NCBI GenBank assembly: GCA_965226795.1
Contig: CBDDDZ010000005.1
Coordinates: forward strand, 416,001 to 480,000
Direction of reading: 5' to 3'
Origin: Candidatus Latescibacterota bacterium
Lineage (GTDB): Bacteria; Latescibacterota; UBA2968; GCA-2709665
Length of the DNA stretch: 64,000 nt
Every line of letters begins with the position of its first letter. Within the stretch, counting starts at the first letter, position 1. A program made the position numbers and the translations under genes. The notes under the pieces are model-generated. The model saw only the letters and a list, made by a program, of their open reading frames with translations. It did no database searches and was not told the DNA's origin. Of the stretch, positions 41,300-51,132 are shown one piece after another.

Positions 41300-41506
41300 T
41301 CACGAATCGCCGCGGTACCCCCAGAAATACGTTTGGTCGCAGCTTGCACAATACACCTGACCTAAAGCACCGGTGACGTTTTCAGCGTTCTTCGGAACGG
41401 CGGGCATCGGTCGCGACGGGTAGTTTTGTTTGATGGCTTTTTCCCCGAATTTGGGACAAACCACGTCGCCCTCCCTTCGCTCTACAATCACGAGATCACC
41501 GTTCAT
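41300..41506 (-). CDS. Small hypothetical protein, possible degenerate zinc ribbon
   Basis: ATG 41506 after AAGGA; CPKF...CASC pattern. Confidence 0.4.
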   Translation of the reverse strand: MNGDLVIVERREGDVVCPKFGEKAIKQNYPSRPMPAVPKNAENVTGALGQVYCASCDQTYFWGYRGDS

Positions 41507-41542
41507 ATATTTCCTTTCCCTTGGTTTTCTACCACCGCCCCA

Positions 41543-42670
41543 ATGCAACATCCCAGCCTGCTCTTCTGCCCCTACCTTCGTATGGACGATCTCGTCTCAT
41601 TTGCCGATTGGGAGTTGGGACCACTGCAGTCCTTCGAGGGCAGATGGGCTGACAATCATTTCAAGAACCAAGCCACAACCCTCCTGAGCAAGTTCGTCGG
41701 ACCACAAGACGACCGGATCGATAACCCCGCACTCCTCTGCAAGAAGGGGAAGCAGATCGATGGTCAAAGGCCGACGGATGAGGAAGTAAGGGCACTTAGA
41801 CTCTCTATCGCATTCGCCACCATCGACAGGAACCCAAGGAATCAGCGGGAAAATCAGCACGAATCGTGGGCGATTGTCACGGCGGACAACGCAGAGTTAC
41901 ATATATGGCCCATTGATTTGGAGAAGGGGGGAATTACACTGACAAGCGGGTACCTGGTGAAGGCGAATTCCGCGGGCCATAACATTAGTGATCCAAAATT
42001 AGTCCTGAGGCCACCTTTGGACCTCCACATCCCCACGGCATCTTCTTCCCCTGACGCTTTGATGCTGAGGGGCGTTTATTTGACAGTTCTTAAGTCGGTT
42101 CGCTCTCCAGGTACAGACCGGACTGCCGATAGTATTCGGGTCGCTGTTGAATGGTTCGCGAAGGCTTGGTCAAATGCTCCAAACGTTGAATGGCGAGAAA
42201 GGCTGGTGTACCTGAAGACAGCTTTTGAAGCAATAACCGGGACCAGCAATAGCTGGAAAAGTGCCCGCAAATTACGAAAGAATTTCGAGGCGTTGCCACA
42301 TGTATCAGAGTTGGATTCCAAGGTCCTGGTGTGGTCACCAGACGAGGAACCGATTCACTGCCGAACTTGGTCTGATATATGCGGTGAGTCCGGGAATATC
42401 CTCATCACGGACTTGCAGCATTAGTTCTTGGCGTTCGCCGACGTGCGGAACACGATCATCCACGACGGCGGATCCCCACAAATGAACTACTGTATGTCAA
42501 ATTCCGCCTACAACGGGCACTTCTTTTTCACTGCCGAGTACCTGCTTCGTGGCGTCATTAAGGTGCTGCTCTCGGTCGCGGGCTTCGAAGACGTCTGGAG
42601 AGACGAGCTGTCGCGGGATATTGCGTCGGCCATGAACGGTGGAGATTTCCGAGCGCAAGAAAACCATTAA
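41543..42670 (+). pseudogene. HEPN (Apea-like) domain protein interrupted by an in-frame TAG at 42422-42424
   Basis: ORFs 41426..42424 and 42428..42670 share a frame; AVEWF..AW, LKTAFEAI, then LQH*FLAFADVRNTIIHDG with RxxxxH. Confidence 0.7.
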
Positions 42671-42727
42671 TCGCTAGGCGGCGCAAGATTTTCTTCTGTC
42701 TGCATTCCGGGACAAGGACAATGTTCA

Positions 42728-42753
42728 GGGCAGACAGGAATGTCTGCCCCACC
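42728..42753 (-). repeat. REP-like hairpin (GGTGGGGCAGACATTCCTGTCTGCCC)
   Basis: GGGCAGACA-GGAA-TGTCTGCCC palindrome in an intergenic region. Confidence 0.7.
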
Positions 42754-42977
42754 TTCACACCTGCTTCCTCAACAGAGGGTGTGCCACGTGCATGGAATTA
42801 ACGCCGGGACGCCCCGGCCGCGCCGTAAACCAGACATGCCCGGCCTCCTCTATCTTCCTGAACCCGCGCACTAAATTGTGAACGAAATCCCGTGGGCAAG
42901 TAAATAACCCACCTGTAATTAAGGCGCATGCCGGAAGGTATGCGCCTTTTTGTTGGAAGCGATCGTGCGGGGTGGCG

Positions 42978-44106
42978 CTAAGCTGGCGACGACAGGCGAG
43001 ACGCGGCGGTCATTTCCCGCACGACAGACCGGGTATCGCCAGTTTTCTTCACGATATCCACCTGCCGCTGCGCCCAGGTCGGCCTGGACGCCAGATCCAG
43101 ATTCCGCTCCAGGTAGGGAACACAATCCAGGTCTTGGGCGGTTGGCTTCAGTTGATCGACCAGACGTCTTACGAGTTCACGCGCCGGCTGTAGCTGATAG
43201 GTGTCAGAGTCGACAAGCTGAGCGTCGAGGCCGTACCGTGCCGCGCGCCATTTGTTCTGGCGTATGAGCATCGGGTGGCAGTCGTGCTGGTAGATACCGT
43301 GGTCGATGCGGTCGGAGAGATATTTTATGAGGGACTGCATCAGCGCGACGAGGCCCAGTGTATCGTGGAAGTTGCCGGGAATATCGCAGATGCGGATCTC
43401 GACCGTGCCGAATTTGTTGTGGGGGCGAACGTCCCACCAGATTTCCCGTATGGTCTCGATGTAGCCGGTTTCCACGAGGTGATTCACCAGCCAGACATAT
43501 TCACTCCAGTTCCGCATCAGGGGCGGCAGACCGGCGGTGGGCAGGCCGTCCATGATCTTGGACCGCCAGGAGCAGACACCCGTGTTCCGGCCTTCCCGGA
43601 ATGGACTGTTGCAACTCAATGCCATCAGGAGCGGCATGTATCGCAGGATAAACTCGCAGATCATCACCGCTTTATCCCCGCTGTCCACGCCGACGTGCAC
43701 GTGCAGGCCGAACGTAACCAATTGGCGGGCCGTATCCTGCAGCAGGTCGACCAGGCCCGCGTAGCGTTTGTTGCGGGTGATTTCCTGGTCCCGCCAGGTG
43801 GAAAACGGATGGGTTGCCGACCAGTACAGCCGCACACCCTCCCGATCCGCAATGGCTTCCAGCGCGCACAGCTTCTCTTTGAGATCCGCCTCGACCTCCT
43901 GCAGCGTCATACCAACACCTGAATTGATTTCCACGTAACACTGCATCAGTTCCGGCTTGATCGTTCCCTCGAGGTGCGGCGGCACGCGGGCGAGCAGCCT
44001 CTCGCTCGGCGCTGCACAGGGCCATGGTTCTATTGTCCACCAGCGCCAGTTCGATTTCCACGCCGACCGTAGGTTTCCGGCTGGGGTTGAACACCATCTG
44101 GCTCAT
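42978..44106 (-). pseudogene. ybdK: YbdK-family carboxylate-amine (glutamate-cysteine) ligase, frameshifted near 44005
   Basis: TVGVEIELALVD in ORF 43672..44106; ATHPF, FGLHVHVG, NSPF, WWDVRP..FGTVEIRICD in ORF 42978..43985; junction GC-CGAG-CGAG-AGG is a 4-nt tandem duplication. Confidence 0.85.
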
Positions 44107-45350
44107 TGGGCGGCCTCACTGTCGTGTGTTTTCGGTTCCGACCAACGCACAACCGCGCGCGCCAGAATCTTTGCGCCGATAGCCAGCGCGCGTTCGTCGA
44201 TGTCGAAATCCGGCGAGTGCAGGCCTGGGCCAGCCGACGCGGGAGCCGAACATCCAAGACGAAAAAGACTGCCTGGAACGCGCTGGAGATAATGTGCGAA
44301 ATCGTCGCCGCCCATGCTGGGCTGTCCGATGTTCTGCACGCGGTCGGCCCCGAGCAGATCGACCGCGCACTGCCGGATCAGATCGGTCAGGCCCGGATCG
44401 TTCAGGACCGACGGCGGCCCCGATCTGAACGTGACTTCGATCTCCGTGCCGGACAATTGCGCCACGCCCCGTGCGATCTCGCTTACGCGATCCAGAGTAT
44501 GGCGCCGGGCGCCATCATCCAGGCTGCGTACGGTGCCCTTGAGCACCGCGCGATGGGGAATCGCATTGTGACGCTTTCCGGCTGCAATGGAGCCAATGGT
44601 GAGAACCACGGTATGTTGCGGACCGAGCGACCTCGGCACGGATACATACAGGGCGTTGATTAACTGGGCCGCTGCGGCAATGGGGTCCCGGGATTCGTAG
44701 GGACGGGCTGCATGACCGCCGCTGCCCCGGACGAGTACGTGCATCTCATCGCAATGCGCGGTCAGGACGCCCGAACGCTCCCCGATGTATCCGGCCGGAC
44801 GCGAGGGATCCACATGTAGCGCCAACATCCCGCCAACACCATTCAAGGCGCCGGCTTCGATCATTTCCAGGGCGGCCCTGGTTGGTCTCTTCGGCCGGCT
44901 GAAAAATGGCCCGCCAGGAAACGGGCCAGGGCAGAACCCCCGATTTTACGGCTGAAGCCAGTGCCAGGGAAGCTCCTAGCACCGTGGCCGTGTGGGCGTC
45001 GTGGCCGCACGCGTGCATCACCCCGCGCACGTTGCTCCGGTAATCTCTACGGATTTGGCGTCCTGGATGGGTAGCGCGTCCAGGTCGGCCCTAATGGCGA
45101 TTTTGGGCCCGGACCCGTTCCCGGCCGATTCGGCGATCAACCCGCGCCCGGTGGGGCCGGTACGGACACGGAAGCCGTCGGACTGCAACTGTTCCTGTAC
45201 ATACCTCGTGGTCTCCGTTTCCTCGCCGCTCACCTCGGGATGGGCGTGGAGATGCCGCCTGGTCTGCACCATGCGGTTCTGGTACGAATCAACGGTCCTG
45301 TCGAGTTGCCGGATCCACGGATCCAGATCTGATTTCGTCGTCGTGCTCAT
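44103..45350 (-). pseudogene. M20D amidohydrolase with two frameshifts (~45045 and ~44875)
   Basis: RRHLHAHPE..GEE, IRADLDALP / MHACGHDAH, IFQPAEE / GGHAARP, MGGDDF, LHSPDFDIDE lie in three successive ORFs; junctions GTA-GA-GAT-TAC (+2) and GGC-C-GCC (+1). Confidence 0.88.
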
Positions 45351-45437
45351 ATGGAAAATAGGCCCGGTATGCCGGTTTGAACGGACGTTGCGTCTGGTCT
45401 GCGATGTGCTGCCCCGGATTCATGTCCCGCGTCAGAG

Positions 45438-47907
45438 CTACGTGGTCCGTGCCGGTTGGCCGAAAAACTTGGCGAAGAGGATGAAGTCGGCGAAGTCGAC
45501 GGAGCCGCTGCTATTCAGGTCGAATCGGCGGTCGCTGCCGCCGAAGGCTCCGGCAAAGAGTACGAAGTCGCCGAACCCGACTTCGCCGTCGGCGTCGAAA
45601 TCGGGCGGGGCGATGGCGGTGGCGATGAACAGCACGGCGTCGAGTCCCTGTACTTCAGCCAAAACCGTGTTTAGTCCGGGCACGGCCCCCAGATATAGGG
45701 TGGCCGCGGCCCTGACCAAAGAATCGGTCGCAGCAGTCGCAGTGGTGAGGGTCCCACTGCTCCGGGCGACGGTGAAGGTGACCTGTGCGCCTTCCAGAAC
45801 GTTGCCATTCTGGTCCCTTACTTCAACGACAAAAGGGCCGGTAAGGAGCGTTCCCGGTTTATCACGCTGTCCGTCACCCGAGACGATGGCCAATGCGTAG
45901 GGACGAGGCCGTAGCCACTCGGAGGCATCCCACAACTCGAGTCGTCTACGGGTTCCGGAGGCAAGCATTTTGCCATTGGGCGAGAACGCAACGACCCGGA
46001 CTATTCCTCGGTGCGCGAGGGCGTCAATCTGGGTCCGTGTTGGCACGTGCCACAGTTTGACCACCTCTCCCGAGGCGCAGGCGAGGACCGTGCCGTCGGG
46101 TGAGAATGCCATGGAACTGCCACCTCGTATATTTTCGCGTGTGGCAACGTGACGCTGTGTCCTCACATCCCAAAACTTGACCAGTCCATCCCACCCTGCC
46201 TTGGTGGCGAGAGAGGCGCCGTCTTGTGGTGAGAACGCCACGGCACCGACCCAACCCCGATGGCCCTTCCAAGCCGCAAGGTGCTTCCCGGTCGCCGGGT
46301 CCCAGATGTGGATTACGCCATCATTCAAGCCGGAGGCCAGCCGTTCCCTATCGGGTGAGAACGCCATGGTCGTTACATCTGAATCATGGTCAAGATCGGC
46401 GTAATTTGCCCTCGTTTCCAGGTTCCACAGCTTCACCGTGCTGTTCCCGGACAGAGCCGCCAGCGTGGCGCCATCAGGTGGCGAAAAGGCCACGGAGCTG
46501 AATCTGGAATCCCCAGGTTGTCCCACAAGCTCGGCGTAATCTGTTCGTGATGCCAGGTCCCAAAGCGTGACCGTGCCATTGTGCTCGGAGGCAAGGGTGG
46601 CCCCATCCGGCGAGATCGCCACCGCCCAGGCAGGCGATTCAGGTTCAAAGCTCGCGATGATCTGCCGGGTCCGCAGGTCCCAAAACTTGACGAGGGAATA
46701 ACCCGCCGCCAGTGCGGTCGAGGAGGGTGAAAACGCCAGGGAGGTGACTACACCAGGTTTGTCAAGGGTGTCGATGTGGCGGTCAGAAATCTGATACAGT
46801 GAGAATCCAAGGGCGCTAAACCTGCCGGATGTATCGAAGGCCCAGGAGCGCACTCGATGCACGATAGGATTGGCAAGACTCGTGAGTCCATTGGACGGAA
46901 TAAGGCCGTCGTAGTCGAATTCGACAACCGCAGAGCGCTCACCCGAAAAAGAGCGACACGTCTTAACTTCAGCGTGGCCGGCCTCGAAGTGCGGTAGTTG
47001 TGTCGTTACTACAAATAGCACCTGATGAAGTCCTGCCGAGTTTACGATTCTGACTCGGACAGGGATGCTCTGTGAACCGGGTGCATAGCCGGGAGGCGAG
47101 ACGAGGTGGATGGTCGATGAAGATTCGTCCGGACCTATTCCGATGTCAGCGTTGAAATAGGGATGGACGGCCAGGAAGCCGGCGGCGCAGGCAGATAGCT
47201 GGCCCTGGTTTCCTGCACGGTAGGACATTATGTATTTTTCGTCTCTGAAGTCGTTATTCAAGTCGAACGCATGTCCGAGTTCATGGGCCACCGTTCTCCA
47301 GGAAAAGGGACTCGGAACCAGCACCGTGGAGAAAAATAGATCACCTTCTCGCGACTTTTTAGTTACTGCACCCGCTTCGCTTCTACCAAGGTAACGTGCT
47401 GCTTTGACGTTAAGGTCAAGGACGATGAGTTCGATCGGAGATCTACCTACGACGTGCCAGCTCTCCCTTTGTGGGCCACTCGACTCGATATAGTGTGCAT
47501 CTGCGTGTTCCCCATCCACACGGTGAATAAGTGGCTCACCCTGGGGATCTGTCTCGAAGCGAAAGGTTCACCTTCCATGGCCGTGTCTCTGCATTTCTTC
47601 CGCGAAGAAGGCCTGAATCTGGAGTATTGCAACCACCATCGAATCGACAACTTCCTGGCGAAAATGCCGGTCCTTGGGCCGGAAGTAGATCATCCGAACG
47701 GTGCGAGGATCCTCCGCCGTCTGAGCCGTCGGCTTTACGGCGGCGAAGGTGAGGTCTGTGTCTTGCCGGGAATGGACGACCCGGCAGCAGTTCGTATCCT
47801 CCGACTCCAGAGACCAGAGTGGACGCATATCCCGCCGGTATCGAAGCAAGGGACAGGCCGGCCACCGCAAGCGAGCATAACCTGCGGACCAGCGTCTGAT
47901 CGTTCAT
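45438..47907 (-). pseudogene. Secreted multidomain protein: zincin-like HExxH, WD40 propeller, Ig-like, paired EF-hand/dockerin-like tail; frameshift ~47790 and in-frame TGA at 47568-47570
   Basis: Signal peptide in ORF 47536..47907; PRTVRMIYF..QRHGHGR*TFRFETD runs in frame into ORF 45438..47519; AHELGHAF, about 7 repeats of VAFSPDG..LAS..VKLWD, IVSGDGQ, PDFDADGEVGFGDFVLFAGAFG. Confidence 0.8.
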
Positions 47908-47966
47908 CTCTTAGCTCGCGATCGCAACCGCTGGTTGCGAACCCTTCCGTTTCGGGGCCTCATTTG

Positions 47967-48045
47967 ACCCTTCGCCGACCCTTCGACAGGCTCAGGGAGC
48001 GGCTCAGGGTTCGGGGCTCAATAATGTTCGTTGAGCTTGTCGAAC
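47967..48045. repeat. CTTCGACAGGCTCAG-type REP doublet
   Basis: CCCTTCGACAGGCTCAGG ... TGAGCTTGTCGAA inverted pair with internal duplications. Confidence 0.7.
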
Positions 48046-48166
48046 GGCCTGCGAAGAGAAACCTGTATGGAGCGTCGGTGGGTCAACGAGCAAGCCGCAG
48101 GATCGTCTCTGCCGCCGTCGAGGATGACCATGGCGCGTCAGTCCGGCCCCCTCGTCTCGCGGGACT

Positions 48167-50107
48167 TCAGGCCGCGATCTCCCTGGCGATGGCGATACAC
48201 TTGGCGGCAAAGGTGTCGTAGGCGGCTCGGAACTCGGCGCTGGTTTTCTGCACGGATCCGAAGTCCGGCCAGTCGCCGGGTTCCATGCCCCGGGTCTGCC
48301 AGCCGGCCACGTCGATGCCGACGACGTTCTGCAGGAAGTCTTTAAGAGACGGCGTCAGGTCGTATCCGCGGCAGAAATCAGGAAGTTCGCGCAGGCGCTG
48401 GTCCACGCCGGGTTCGTAGGTATCCAGCACGGCGTCCCTGAAGTCTTCGAGGTTAAAGCCGTCCGCTTCGGAGGCCGTCTGGACGGCCCGTGCGTGGTTC
48501 GGAAACTCGGTGTTGCACATGTTGGACGCGCCCAGCGTGTGGAAGGTGTCTTCGGGAATGCGTTTGGAGGCCGGAAGTACATCCATGGAATCCAGGATCC
48601 ATCGCGCCTGGGCGTCCGTAACGCCGTAGGTTGCCCGAAGATGAGCGACCCACTTGGGCCGGTTCCCGGGGCTGAAGAAAACCCAGTAAACGCGGCGGGC
48701 GACCAGGGTGCCCGCTTTTTTAAGGTCTTCTTCCAGAAGCTGGATGGCGTCCGCCGATTGCCCGGCGGCTTCGGCAGCCTCCAGGACGATGGGGTGGTCC
48801 AGGGTTTTGAGGTACTTATAGTTGCAGACGTCCCGCGCTTTATCGGTAAAGGATCCGCTGGCCGCGTCCCGGGCGTCCAGATCGGCGGCCAGTGCGTCAA
48901 GGAGTTCACTCGCTTTGCCTTCTCCGGCTCTTTCCGCCGCGGAGAGAAAGATCTTCTCGGCTTCAACCTCCCGCAGGTGGCTTACAAACCGGCCGCCCAT
49001 GTTGGTTTCGTAGGTGCGTACAACCTGCCCGCCCGCCTTCGCCGCGTGCGCCTTGCCCTCGAACGCGTCCAGTATGAGCTGAACTTCCTGGGCCACGGTG
49101 TAGACCACGGTGTTGTTGGAGCCAATGGCATTGCTGTTGAGAGTCGTTGTGATTTTTCGGGCGGCCTCGTGGCTGGCGGCGACTTTGAAGACGATGTTCG
49201 GGTTGACCCGGCCGGAACGATCGCCCAGGCCCAGCAGGCGGTCGTATCCTTCAAGGTAGTCGGCGGCCAACCTGTATGCATTTCGCGCATCCTCGATGCT
49301 GGCTTCGGCCTGGTCGGCGATGTTGGGATTGAGCTGGAAACTGACCATATAGTCTTTGAGGTCCGTATGTACCGCGAGCGGCCGGAAAATGGAAAGATTG
49401 GGCCAGAGGGCGATGAGCGTGGCCGCCATGGCGATCTCGTCGGCGTGGGCCTCGGGGTCTTGCTTCCAGCTATCGTGTTTGTCGACTTCGCCTTTGAGTT
49501 GCTCGGCCAGTGTGCCGTCTTCGTCAAAGGCCTTGGCCGCCAGTACGGGGTTGGTGGACACCTGGCAGAACCCGTAGTGGCGAAGGTATTCCAGGCCACG
49601 CGCGAAGTCGTTGCCGAATTTACAGTAATCTTCTCCGATCATTTTCCAGTAGACGCCGCTGCGCATCTGCCGTTTGAGCAGTGTCAGAAAAGAACGGCCC
49701 GGCCTTGCCTGGTTCAGGTCCGATTCGATGCGTTCGGCAAGAAGGCCGGAGAGGCTGTCGCTCAGGTTGACTGACTTCATGTCGGCCAGGAAATCAGCCA
49801 CGACGCCTGCCATTACGGCCCCCTCGAGATCATCGATCGCAGCCAGGACCTGCTCGAGTGCGGAGTCGGCTTCGTCCGCGCTGTATCCGACGATTTCGGC
49901 GTCTCTCCCCACGAAGTTCATGCCGAGCCGGATCAGGGTGCTGCAAACCGCGGCGGCGGGGCAATCGTTATTCTGGATAGCGGACAGGAGTTCGTCTGCG
50001 CGGGCGGTCAGCGTGCCGGGCTGCGGGTCGATAAGTATCTGGTCCGCCGCGGCGAGCGTCTGCCCGTTTCCGATCGCTTCCACTGCTGCGGAGATGTCGA
50101 TTGCCAT
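48167..50107 (-). CDS. Large transaldolase-family protein
   Basis: GND, VSTNPVL (T-N-P motif), VSFQLNP, PNIVFKVAA (Schiff-base Lys position), NNTVVYTVAQ, MGGRF. Confidence 0.7.
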   Translation of the reverse strand: MAIDISAAVEAIGNGQTLAAADQILIDPQPGTLTARADELLSAIQNNDCPAAAVCSTLIRLGMNFVGRDAEIVGYSADEADSALEQVLAAIDDLEGAVMAGVVADFLADMKSVNLSDSLSGLLAERIESDLNQARPGRSFLTLLKRQMRSGVYWKMIGEDYCKFGNDFARGLEYLRHYGFCQVSTNPVLAAKAFDEDGTLAEQLKGEVDKHDSWKQDPEAHADEIAMAATLIALWPNLSIFRPLAVHTDLKDYMVSFQLNPNIADQAEASIEDARNAYRLAADYLEGYDRLLGLGDRSGRVNPNIVFKVAASHEAARKITTTLNSNAIGSNNTVVYTVAQEVQLILDAFEGKAHAAKAGGQVVRTYETNMGGRFVSHLREVEAEKIFLSAAERAGEGKASELLDALAADLDARDAASGSFTDKARDVCNYKYLKTLDHPIVLEAAEAAGQSADAIQLLEEDLKKAGTLVARRVYWVFFSPGNRPKWVAHLRATYGVTDAQARWILDSMDVLPASKRIPEDTFHTLGASNMCNTEFPNHARAVQTASEADGFNLEDFRDAVLDTYEPGVDQRLRELPDFCRGYDLTPSLKDFLQNVVGIDVAGWQTRGMEPGDWPDFGSVQKTSAEFRAAYDTFAAKCIAIAREIAA

Positions 50108-50201
50108 TCTGGGGCCTCCCTTTGCATCGCACTAGACGTGAAACGGCGCTGTATACTACCGCCGCCGGGCGGTCTGTTGTCCGCCGTATGCCGGATAAAC
50201 A

Positions 50202-51008
50202 TCATTCAATGCCAAGGACGTCCCGCATGGTGAACAGTCCGGGGGGCGCGTTTACTACGTAGCGGATGGCCTGAAGGACTCCCACGCCGTAGGAATCCCG
50301 GCTCTGTGCACGGTGGACAAGCTGGAAGATTTCGCCCGTACCGCCAAAGATGACCGTATGTTCTCCCGCCAGATCTCCCGCGCGGATGGCGTGGATGCCG
50401 ATTTCATCCCTGGTGCGGGCACCCGCTTCTCCGTGTCGGCCAAAAAGAGCTACGTCCTCCAGTCTTCGACCCAGGCCCGTTGCCGCGGCCTTCGCCAGCG
50501 CCAGCGCTGTGCCGCTGGGCGCGTCGGTCTTGAAATGGTGGTGTGCCTCGACGATTTCAACGTCGTAACCGTTACCCATCATGCGCGCGGCGTCTTCGAC
50601 CAGTTTGGTGAGTACGGTTACGCCAATGCTGAAGCTGGGCGCAAAGACGCAGGCGACGTCCTTAAGGGCCTTTTGAAATTCGGCAAGCTGGCGGGCCGAC
50701 ATGCCCGTGGTGCCGACCACCATCGGCCTGCCCGCTTCGCCGGCGATTCGCGCGGCCTGAAGCGTACCGTCCGGGGGCGCGGTGAAGGCGACGACCACGT
50801 CGGCGTTATCAATGACGGATTCCAGGTTGTCGACAACATGAAGATCGGTGCGCGTGGCCCCCACAATCTCGCCAATATCCCGCCCGATGGCCGGATTGCC
50901 AGGCGCTTCCACGCCGCCGGCGATTTTCAGATCGTCGGTTTCCATAGCCAGGTTGACGATGCGGCCGCACATCTTGCCCGCGATGCCGCAGATAACAAGG
51001 TTTGTCAT
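50202..51008 (-). CDS. dapB: 4-hydroxy-tetrahydrodipicolinate reductase
   Basis: GIAGKM, VVGTTG, EAHH.FKTDAPSGTA, IHAIRAG...GEH. Start placed at MTNLVI. Confidence 0.95.
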   Translation of the reverse strand: MTNLVICGIAGKMCGRIVNLAMETDDLKIAGGVEAPGNPAIGRDIGEIVGATRTDLHVVDNLESVIDNADVVVAFTAPPDGTLQAARIAGEAGRPMVVGTTGMSARQLAEFQKALKDVACVFAPSFSIGVTVLTKLVEDAARMMGNGYDVEIVEAHHHFKTDAPSGTALALAKAAATGLGRRLEDVALFGRHGEAGARTRDEIGIHAIRAGDLAGEHTVIFGGTGEIFQLVHRAQSRDSYGVGVLQAIRYVVNAPPGLFTMRDVLGIE

Positions 51009-51132
51009 TGTGATTCTCCGGGGACTGACACCACTGCCGGGAGAGAAGGCGTATCGGTCGAGAATTACCGGTACCCCGGCCGGGTCAGGCCAATTCACCT
51101 CGTTTAACGCCGTGCCCGCGATTCTTCGACAC

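Noticed and set aside
42422..47570. Pyrrolysine/selenocysteine recoding of the in-frame TAG (42422) and TGA (47568)
   Set aside because: Each is one substitution from a plausible sense codon (TGG; CGA/AGA), neighbouring genes have frameshifts, and TAG/TGA end many intact genes here.
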